Both the position numbers and the translations under genes were made by a program. 64,000 bases of DNA from assembly GCF_009914755.1 (NCBI RefSeq), contig NC_060936.1. One strand, given 5' to 3'. This document shows, piece after piece, positions 44,975 through 54,700 of this stretch; position 1 is the stretch's first letter; each line of letters begins with the position of its first letter. Under the pieces are notes generated by a model that made no database searches, was not told the DNA's origin, and worked only from the letters and a program-made list of their open reading frames with translations. The stretch is from the human T2T-CHM13v2.0 reference genome, Homo sapiens.

Positions 44975-45500
44975 GATGTGGCACATTGTACTTTCCAAGA
45001 ACAACTGCAACAATATTTTCCATCTCTTGTGCTTTTTCAGAATTTTTCCTCTCCTCCATTAAAAGATGGATTTTTACGTTCTTTCTCCTTAAACTTTGTA
45101 TGCAGCAGAAGTGACCTCTGAGCAGGTCATAAAAATCAACATAGTTTCCACCAGCCTCTCTCTCTCTCTCTCTCTGGGGATTTCACCCATGGAACCCAGC
45201 CACCATACTATGTGGAAATTTAGGCCACATGGAGAACCAAAGTCCCCAGCCCCGGCCCCTGGCAGAGGTCCCAGTGGGCAGCCAAAGCCAAAACCAACTC
45301 ACCAGCAAAGTGAGTGAACTATCTTAGAAATGAATCCTCTGGCCAGCAGTTGAGCTGCCCCTGACAAAACTGCGCTGATCAGAGGCCAGCCTCCCCTGCT
45401 GAGCCCTGACCAAATGCAGACTTAGGAACAAAATAAATGACTGTTATTTGAAGCCACTAAGTTTTGGGGCGCTTTGTAATGTAGCAATAAATAAATGGAA
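44975..45500 (+). mobile_element. MLT1 LTR
   Basis: ggaacccagccaccat...gagccctgaccaaatgcaga...aagccactaagttttgggg...gcaataaataa. Confidence 0.75.
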
Positions 45501-48500
45501 CATAAGATAAAAGGGTATTCCTGCTACAATTTTTCAGAGAGCCAGGTACACCCGAAGATCCCCTGCTGCTCCTTCCGCTCTTTCTTTCCTCCTTCTGTTC
45601 GTGTTTGCAGTAGGAATTAAACTGGACCCAATGAAAAATACTTAACGTGATAAATACTTAGATTTTCCCCAAAAGTAGGAAACAGAATTCTTTAGAATTA
45701 GCAACCTTTTCCAGACTTGCTTCGTGCTTTCTCGGATGTCATTATCAAAAAGTGAATGATATTTCCTCACTTTTCCTTTGAGTGTCTGAGAGTTCATGTT
45801 TGACGGTATGGTGGTTTAACATGTTTTTATTACATCAGTGATGGCTAATAGATATGCACGCCTTCTCTAGTGGTGTTTTCCATGACAAAGTAAGAAAGTG
45901 AGTGGGTCAAATTGCATACATGTGGGCCATTAATCCTTTCCTATATAAAAAAATAAAATGTGGGATCTAAAATGTTAGTTGGAAGCAGATAGGGAAATAC
46001 AAGACCTTGCCCGGTAGTTTCTTCAGGGCTCCTCTTTGATTTGGGCACTTTAGCGGTTCCATCTAGAAACGGGTCATTGCCTTCAGCCTCTGAGGGCTCC
46101 TGGGAGGTCTTTCGTTGCCTTTTATTTTTAACTTGTTTCATCGAACCAGTGCAATGCACACCAAGGCCTGGATAAATATTTGTGAGTTGTTTGAACTTTG
46201 TTCTGTGCCCTTCAATATTCTCAGGAAATCGATTTTGGACTTTAAAGAAGTTTGAAAATTCGTTCACCATAACTGGACTGATTCAGGGCCAATTGCTAAG
46301 TGAGCAGTGAGAACACGGGAGGAACAAGGGTATTTGAAAGTCTTGCAGGATCTTTCCGAAAACGATTATGGCTGTGTGAGGAACTGCATATAAATTTACA
46401 CCCAAAGTAATCCTTCTGAAGCAGCTGAAAGTCTGAAGACTGACTTTTTTTAAGAGGACATTTCAAGGATATTTTCTTACAGCCAGCTACCACATGATCT
46501 GCCCTGGCTGTATCCTAAAAACCCCCATCTCCATTATTTGCTAATTTGCTGGTCAGTTTACCTCTCTTCTTCTGTAGACCTGCACCATATATATGTCTTC
46601 TGCCTCTCCTCCTTGCTTCTTCACACCCTTCCCCTTTCCCCTGACCCACCTCCCTCTCCCAGTTTGCCTCTAGGAGGGATAAGAGTGAGGAAGTGAACTT
46701 CTTTGGGGCCAGTTTAGTTGTGTCATCCTGAAAGGGGAGTATGGGCAAGGGTCAGGGTCAGGCCCTATGCTAGCTGGTAGCCATTTTAGAGATACTTAGG
46801 AAAAGTAGTTTTATAATTTAAGTGCCAATGGGACCAAGGAAGAGCAACTTCTCTGCGGAGAAGGAGGATGGAAGTTTACCCCCGGTGGACACCTCTCTGA
46901 CAGCACACCAGCTGGGGCCTCCCATGTGGCTGTGGAATTCACATGGAATTTGGCTAGTCATTTAACCTCTGCTTCCTCCACTTCCTCAGCTGTATAATGG
47001 GGACAGCATTTCCTAGCCGACATCATGAGACTTTATAAAGGGGAGCAAATACTGATGACAAGCAGTTTCCAACAGGAAGAGCCAAAGGCTCAAGGTTCAG
47101 TTCTGCAGTAACAAGCACTGGATATGCAAACCTTCTCTAACATTATGTGTCAGGTGTCCCATAAAGGTGGCTTTAGGCTTTATTGGCCTTTCTCTGCCTC
47201 AGTTTCCTCTTTGCAAAATAAAGATAATAATAGGACCTATCTCACAGAGCTGTTTTGAAGATTAAATGAGATACAAAGTATAGTATCTGGTACTCATGAT
47301 AAATGTTAGTTATTTGTTTCACCTGCTCCGCACCTCATTTTATCATGTAATAAGTGTCACCAATCCATGAACAGAAGCTGGAATTATGAGAGAATCCTAG
47401 AATGGGAGGTAAAAACTCCCTCATTTTTACAGACAAGAAAAAAGAAATGCGGTAAGATTGGGTGCCCTGCCCAGGGCTACCTGATTCATTAGCAAGAAAG
47501 CAGCAGCTACAGTTCAGGTCTCCTAATTGTCAAGGTTGGTGCAAGTCTCAGTTTTCATTCCTTTGAAGACTGTGTTGGTATTTTTATCCCCAGATAACCC
47601 TTTTTCATTCCTATTTTAACGCTAAGACCAGTTCATACTATTAACCACTGCAATCTCTGTCTCCTGCAGCTCCCAGGAAACCTGCTGATAACCTCCCCTT
47701 CCCAAAAGCCATACCCCACCCTACCCCCCTGCCCCTGCAAAAGGCCAGGAAAGGTAGCGCTTTCTCAGAGACCTGAGGAAGCTACTAATGGGGACAGCAG
47801 GTGAGGAAGGAGGCGGTGGAACTGCAGCTGCTGGCAAAGGTTGCCCTAGTAACCGTGCGGGCTCCATTCAGGAAGCCAGCCCAACTCCAAGATGCAAAAT
47901 GATCGCCTTCACGCGGCTACTGCAAGCACAAAGGAACCAGAGGAGCCCTGATATAGCTGGAAGAAAGGGAGGCACAGAGAGAGGTGGGGGCCCATGCTGT
48001 CAGTTACAACCTTCCACCTTCCACAGAAGAAAAAGAAGGAAAGAGAATAGCTCTTTGAATCTTCTGGCCTATGTGAACCGTAAAAACCACCCATTTAACA
48101 TGAGTCCTTTGGTGAGAATAGAGGGAAACAGGCACCCCTCTGTTCACCAGCCTTCTGAAACAATATGTCAGGAGAAGGGGGAGAAACCTCAAACATTGCA
48201 ACTTTATGGAGGCTCTAAGCTCTTCATACTCTCTCTCTCCTTTATTCAGACTGGTGACAAAGACCATTTGCTCCCAATTTATTGGAAACTTTTTTTTTTT
48301 TCACAGCTTGAGCTGCTTAGATGCAGCGAGCTCCCTCTCCCCAAATTGCAGTCAGACACTTGCTGAATGGGCCAGGCTCAATTATGCTCCCTCCACAGGT
48401 TCAGCTCACACTGTGACCCTGCATGGCTTCCTGCTATTCATATGTGTTACTTCCCCTTTGTGGTAATGGCTTGTGGCACTTAGCCAGAAAACATTATTAA

Positions 48501-49200
48501 TTTCAGAAGTGGACTGACAAACAACAAACCCACAGTAAAACGAGAGGAAGTGCTGGGGAGGCCAGCTGTCGGCTTGAGCCAAGCAGTAGGAACTCAATGT
48601 ATGCAGGTTCTAGGAGGAAAGAGATAATAATCCACAAAGAGGAAATGCACTAAAATTATCCACAGCCCATATTTTTTTAAAAAACGAAAGAAAGAAAAAG
48701 AAAGAGAAAAGAAATCAGAGAAAAGAAAGGGGGGAAAAGCACCCAGCTACTTGAGCTGCAGCTGGACAGGAAATTGCTAACGCTGCTTGCAAATCCTTAC
48801 TTTGAACAGGCAGTTTAGGGAATGCCAGGAGCGGAAACCGTTCAGAACTGGATTAACACGAGCCAAGTTGAACTGCAATCCACTTCTCCTTTCTGTGCTC
48901 TTGCTGACTTGGGACACCCAAATAGGACAGACTGACTTGGTATATATATATATTTGCACTATTTCTGTTTGCTTTTTATACTTAGTTGCTTAAAAATCAC
49001 CATGGACAGTTTTATATGATTGCCATCGAATGAAGGCCACTTGCCTCCTAAGTTAGTGTAGACGACCAAGCAGTCAACTCATGTGCCATGTAGGTGAAAA
49101 GCTCATTCTTCTCCCCACTTCACATGAAGGGACTGAGCTCATGCAAAAAGAGCCCCAAATATAAGTACGTTCTAGTTCTTTTGATTCCATACACCTGCCT

Positions 49201-49206
49201 TTTATT
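49201..49206 (-). terminator. Distal polyadenylation signal AATAAA (extended 3' UTR)
   Basis: Plus-strand tttatt at 49201-49206 with UGUA ~20 nt upstream in transcript sense. A further AATAAA lies at 49837-49832. Confidence 0.55.
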
Positions 49207-49999
49207 TTGGTTTGTGTATTTTTACATTTGAGGTAAGGAGAGGGTAGGTCCCAAGAAAAATGGCAAGATATAAAGTCTTTAGCTTGAAAAGAAACTAAAA
49301 TAATCCCCACAAGTTTCAATAAGGGTTTCTGACCCACATCCCAAGCCAGTTAAACAAAAAAGCACATTACAACAGGGATGACAAAGTTGCCTCCTAAGTG
49401 CCAATGTAAAATTCTAAAGCCATATCCTGACACGGTGAGGAAGCTTAGATATGCCTTGCCATGCGCATGCTAGGGGAAAAAGTGGAGACATCATTCTGGA
49501 TTCAGCATTCTCACACTAGGATATCTGCAGGTAGAATTGCCCATGACAACAGACTGGAAAAAGAATTATCCCTACTTCCTCTTTGGCATTATCTCAGCAT
49601 TATAAAGCAGAAGATCCTGACAGTGAAGGATAGGGAGGAGGTTAACATGTGGCTGTCATCTTGGTATTCTGCTACACCTCTCTGTGGTTAATATCCAAAT
49701 TGTATTCCTCAGCAAGCTATGCTCTATAGGTTCATTTTTCTTCAGGGGCTTTAAAATCTTAAGCCGGAACTATACTCATAAGAGGTATTGTTCATATACA
49801 CGGTACAGTCGGTCCATTCTAGGATGTCATCTTTATTCGTGGCAAACGATGAATTTCATAAACTGCTGCTGAAAAACGTTCTAGGAAAAGCTTAAAAGAA
49901 CCTTGCCCTACTATGCCTACAAGTCAAAATCAATCCCTGAATGAAAAAGTTCTAAAATGTGTCACTTCACACATAGGTATAACTGAGTTTTTAAAAACA

Positions 50000-51197
50000 C
50001 ACATTCAATAGCCAAAATAGTTATTTATTAATAATTTAAGGTTTTACATTCTTATAATAAATTCCAGCTCTAAACTTTACACCACGAACATAATGGAGAA
50101 TTTAACTCTCCCTTCTTCACAATCAAATGCATTTCTCTTATCAAATGGGTACCCATGCTCACACACACACACTTCCAGTTTTATACAAATTTTTTTAAAG
50201 GAAAGAAACCAACCCAAAGTATTGCATTTGAGGTGACACTCCCTGAAGAATTTTATACAGAGGTAATATACTGTTTAGCACAGCTGAAGGTTTTTTTATT
50301 CTTTCTTTTTTTAAAGTGAGCCCATGATTTGGTGTCTTTCCCAGATTATCCCCTTTGCGACAACACAAGCAAAAATATTTACAAAGGTAAGGCATAGTCA
50401 AACTACATAAAGAGAAAAAATCATGAGGAAAATACATGAAAAAGACTAAAGACTTCGCCATAACAAGGTCTTAGTGATAATAGTGTCCGTAAAGATGTCA
50501 TCAGAATTGGTAAAGTCAAGCATGCTGCAAATATACCCTTTGGATTAGAAAAGAGCACAATTTTCTTTTTTTGTTTTGTTCTGTTTTAAGAAGTGGCATA
50601 CTGCTCTTTCTCCCTTTGGATAATTTCTTTTAAGCCCATCAAAGGAAAAAACAAACACAATTCAAACAAACACTGTCAAGTGATTCAAGATCAAATATTT
50701 ACAATAATCAAATGGAGTATCAGATTTTTTTTTCCAAACTGATACCACAAATACAGAGCTGAAATCTCTCTTTGGCTCCTCTATATGCAAAATTGAATTA
50801 GTCTTCATTGAAGACAATTATATAGTCAGTTCCAGATGCAAAAGGAAACAGCCTTACAAGGCCCTAAAGAACACATGCTCCTACCCTATCATTTGGTTCT
50901 ACCCTATGCGCCTGGAAGTCCTCGAATCCCAGTCCCTGCATGGGTAGGCTGTACACATGGGTACAGAGCAAACCTACTGCCTGTATCTATACAGCATGTC
51001 CTGTTATTCCAAAGAGAATGGAGCAAATCTCTCTGTTAGTATTAACCAATTCCGCACTTGGTAACCTTGTCTAGTACAGACAGCTGGTGTCATTTTGACA
51101 CCTGGGGCCACACACAAAGAAAGCAGCCCAGCTGATGCTGCCAAGAGAAACTGCTGAAGGGCCAGACACATTCCAGCAAGGAGGGGTGTGGGGTCTT
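50000..51197 (-). other. DUSP6: DUSP6 3' UTR to proximal poly(A) site
   Basis: AU-rich, interspersed-repeat-free stretch after the stop codon. AATAAA on the minus strand at 50029-50024, UGUA at 50048-50045 and a GU/U-rich downstream element at ~50003-49990. Confidence 0.8.
50024..50029 (-). terminator. Proximal polyadenylation signal AATAAA
   Basis: Plus-strand tttatt, with UGUA upstream and gtgtgttttt downstream in transcript sense. Confidence 0.75.
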
Positions 51198-51505
51198 TCA
51201 CGTAGATTGCAGAGAGTCCACCTGGTATACATTCTGGTTGGAAGGGGTGGTAAAATACAGCTGCTGTGCTGGAACCCTGTTGTCACATGGGCTGCTGAGT
51301 CCCAGCGTCCTCTCGAAGTCCAGCAGCTGACCCATGAAGTTGAAGTTAGGGGATATGTTGGATTTTTTCATTTTGACAATGTCATAGGCATCGTTCATCG
51401 ACAGATTGAGCTTCTGCATAAGGTAAGCCACAGTCACAGTGACTGAGCGGCTAATGCCAGCCAAGCAATGTACCAAGACACCACAGTTCTTGCCCCGGGC
51501 TTCAT
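51198..51505 (-). CDS. DUSP6: DUSP6 exon 3 coding part (catalytic P-loop, C-terminus)
   Basis: Acceptor cttttctttttgtgttcacag|AT at 51506/51505; HCLAGISRS motif; stop TGA at 51200-51198. Confidence 0.98.
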
Positions 51506-53983
51506 CTGTGAACACAAAAAGAAAAGCAAGATCTCAGCAGACTGAAAACCACCCTTTGTGAATGATCAGTCTAAAAACTGAACTTGAAAACATAATAATA
51601 ATAATAGTTGTGTGTGGCAGTTGAGCCCTACAAGCAGCAGAAAATGTATCACTGAAATGAAACATGTACACTGGACACAATTACATATTTCAGATATTTT
51701 CTGAAAAGAGAGCTTTTGTATTAAGTTTCTGCCAACAAAAAACTCCTTAATGGGTGCATTCTTTGCCTCGGCATGTGAATACCAGAAACCCTGCAATATG
51801 TTCGTGAATGCCTTTTACACAGACAACCAGACTGCAAGGGTCTATTAAATTATGCTCCAAATGTTGTGCAGCTAACAATGGAGGTATTCAGGCATTTTAA
51901 AAGAGAGAGGGAAGTCACAGGGGACGGCCCATTAGGAGGAACAGGATGTCGACACGGCCTGAAAATGAGTTCCTTTGTAATAGGAAATGCATTACAATGC
52001 CTGGAGATTCACTTCTCCCAGGCTTCCAGCCCACAGTTCTTCCTGCTGGGCTCAGGTTACCCACTGTCTCACTGTTACCAGTATCACCGCATCATTCAAC
52101 TGGATAACATTCAGCATTCATACTGCTTTCCAACAACTAACTTGATGTCCTAAAATAACTCCTAGATGTTTTTAAATTATAAAGCAATGCTGGAATTCCT
52201 GTCTATAGTGAGTACTTCTATCTGACCCTTCCCCTGAGTCCAAAGACTGGGGGGAAAAATCTGTTGTCCGATTATGAACGACTGTCAATGACTGAATTCA
52301 AAGATTCAAGAAACAGCGTTTCAAATACACCTGTGATCTGCAGCCATGTCAAAAGGCAGGTTTTCTTCCTTTAGCAAGAAGATAAACCAGAATTAAGGAC
52401 GCTCTAGGAACATTAGAGACCTGCAGTCAGACAAATTAGCAAGCAGCAAGAACGATTAACAGCTTAAACTCTATGAATGGCTAGGAATTTTGCATTTAAA
52501 TGTCAGAGCGACGACTATTAATTAGTCTCACCTATGAAAGAAATGGCCTCAGGGAAAAACTGGGACAGGTTTTGGCTCCAGTGATCCGAGATGGGGATTT
52601 GCTTGTATTTAAACTCTCCTGCGTTCTCAAAGAGATTCGGCAAATTGGGGGTGACGTTCAAGATGTACTTGATGCCGAATTCCTCCAACACGTCCAAGTT
52701 GGTGGAGTCTTTGGCACAGCCCAAGTAGAGGAAGGGCAAGATCTCCACTGGGAAGGAAGGCTGGCTGTTGGACAGCGGACTACCATCCGAGTCTGTTGCA
52801 CTATTGGGGTCTCGGTCAAGGTCAGACTCGATGTCCGAGGAAGAGTCAGAGCTGATCCGCAGGCCCCCGAGCCCCAGCACTGGCAACGGCGGCGAGCTGC
52901 TGCTACACGAGCCGTCTAGATTGGTCTCGCAATGCAGGGAGAACTCGGCTTGGAACTTACTGAAGCCACCTGCCAGAACGAGAAAAGCAATCATCTAACC
53001 TGAGAAGCCGTAGTAGTTTTCACAGCTTGTAAGAACCGCAGCCCGGCGCAAGAAACACCACAAGCATCCTACGAACCCCCTACATACAGAACCATCTATA
53101 AGAGAAACACACTTTAAATGTGCACCATCGGGAATGGAACGAACGGGCCCGCCTCGCCAGGGAACCCTTATTCGCTTGAATCCGGAAATAGACAAAATGG
53201 CAACTTTTTGGAATATTTTGAGAGCTAAGATGTGCCAATTTGCATCCCCAACAATCTCTCCCGTCCTGCAAATCTTAATTCAAAATCGAACGATAGAAAA
53301 CAGGGTGATGGTGGAGGATGTTCTGGCTAAGAAGGCGCAGAACCCGTTAGAAAGAAACCGCCGGTACCCGCAGCCGGAAGCGAGTGGATTCTGAGCCGGC
53401 CCGGTTCTCTGGTGCGGAACGCGCGGTTCGCGGCCCCTACCTCGCCGGCTGCCGGTCCCTAGGCGGGCAGCGCGGCTCCGAAGCTCCAGCTGAGCGGAGC
53501 AGAGGTATTTTCAATCCACGCGCCCCGCCCGCAGCCCTGCGCCCCTAGCCCTGCCCCGCGCGCGGAGTTCCCTGGGCGCGTACCTTCCAGGTAGAACGCC
53601 CGGCAGCCCTCGTCCTTGAGCTTCTTGAGCAGCAGCCCGAGCACCGACTCGCCGCCCGTATTCTCGTTCCAGTCGCTGCTGCTCTCGTCGTAGAGCACCA
53701 CTGTGTCGGTGCCACAGCGCCGGGTGAAGCGGTCCCGGTCCTCGCCGCGCGTGAAGAGCGCGCGCACCGGCAGGTTACCCTTCTGCAGGCGCCGCAGCAT
53801 GATGCCCGGGATGGCCACGTTGATGGCCGACTCGATGTGCGACGACTCGTATAGCTCCTGCGGCCGGCAGTCCATCAGCAGCAGCCGCTCGTTGCCCAGC
53901 TCCAGCTGCTCGTTGAGCCACGCCACCGTCTTGCTGATCGCCATTTCCGACGCGAAGGGCACGGGTCTGAGCGTATCTATCAT
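51198..53983 (-). CDS. DUSP6: Dual specificity protein phosphatase 6 (MKP-3/PYST1), spliced CDS join(53983..53584,52969..52532,51505..51198), 381 aa
   Basis: Three ORF-track pieces join in frame through GT-AG introns (400+438+308=1146 nt). Protein runs [18 protein letters not shown]...VDSLQST. It has a rhodanese-like domain with kinase-interaction motif IMLRRLQK, a Leu-rich NES ([11 protein letters not shown]), the general-acid Asp in IPISDHW and the catalytic HCLAGISRS motif. Matches the human DUSP6 sequence as I recall it. Confidence 0.99.
52532..52969 (-). CDS. DUSP6: DUSP6 exon 2 (linker/NES and N-terminal half of catalytic domain), 438 nt, phase 1-1
   Basis: Acceptor ttttctcgttctggcag|GT at 52970/52969; donor ATAG|GTGAGA at 52532/52531. 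Encodes GFSKFQAEF...EAISFI. Confidence 0.98.
53182..53380 (+). promoter_or_regulatory. Intron 1 ETS consensus sites
   Basis: CCGGAAAT at 53182-53189 and CCGGAAG at 53374-53380 in the CpG-rich intron 1. Confidence 0.55.
53584..53983 (-). CDS. DUSP6: DUSP6 coding exon 1 (ERK-binding rhodanese/CH2 domain)
   Basis: ATG is the reverse complement of cat at 53981-53983. Donor GAAG|GTACGC at 53584/53583, phase 1. Confidence 0.98.
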
Positions 53984-54450
53984 GGGGGTCGAGCTGCGGG
54001 AGAGGGCGGGGTGCCTACCAGACGCCCCTCGGGGCAGGCATAGGCCGAGCGCACCGCGCGCGAAGCTGCCGCTCTCGGAGCGGGGTTTAATTCCGCCTCG
54101 CCTTACCCAAGCCGAGGCTAGCGGTTGGGGCAGACGAGACAGAAGTAAAGCCGGAGGTTCTCTCTGCACCCAGCTGCAGCCGCTGGCTCTTAGTGTCAAT
54201 GAATCTCTCTCAATGAAGCTGCCCAGATAGTTTTTGTTCCTCCCCAGTGAATGAAATCCAATTAATTCGGACTCCGTGCTACTGAGAGGGGAGGAAAAAA
54301 AGTCTAGCGGCTTCTAATCCCTCCCTCCAAGGCTGCACCTCAAATCTACCCGGGCGTCTTTCTCCCCGGATTATTTAAGACTCGATTTGCTATCTCTTGG
54401 ACTCAGCCTCGCACACCCCCTGCGCGAGGCAGCTCCTCAATGGATACAAA
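53984..54450 (-). other. DUSP6: DUSP6 5' UTR (start position approximate)
   Basis: Contiguous with the exon 1 ATG. TSS placed ~460 nt upstream of the ATG from recalled annotation and the nearby CCAAT box at 54488-54492; it cannot be read directly from sequence. Confidence 0.65.
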
Positions 54451-54700
54451 CAGCGAGCGTCTCAATGGATACATTCTCCGGGCCAGCCAATGAGCGTGCT
54501 GCGGAAGGGGCTGTTGCCGTGGGGACGGGCCGGCTGGAACAGGTTGTGTTGATGAATTGTTAATGAGTTTGTCATTCACAAAAACGGAAAGGAATTTCCG
54601 CTCCGGATAAGCCCCAGTGCAAACAAGCTGCAACAGCGGGCTCGGCGGGAGGAAGGAGAAAGAAGGGGAGGCGGCAGCGGAGGAGGAGCAGGGCACATAA
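54451..54700 (-). promoter_or_regulatory. DUSP6 proximal promoter: CCAAT box, ETS sites, NF-kB-like and forkhead-like motifs
   Basis: CCAAT at 54488-54492; ggaatttcc at 54591-54599; ETS cores in ttccgctccggata at ~54596-54609; gcaaacaa at ~54619-54626. Fits the established FGF/ERK-ETS control of DUSP6. Confidence 0.8.

Noticed and set aside
47788-48366. 192-aa plus-strand ORF
   Set aside because: No recognisable homology, domain or supporting exon structure; better explained as non-coding regulatory DNA.
51135-54230. Plus-strand ORFs of 103, 139 and 175 aa overlapping DUSP6 exons
   Set aside because: Antisense shadows of a GC3-rich coding sequence.
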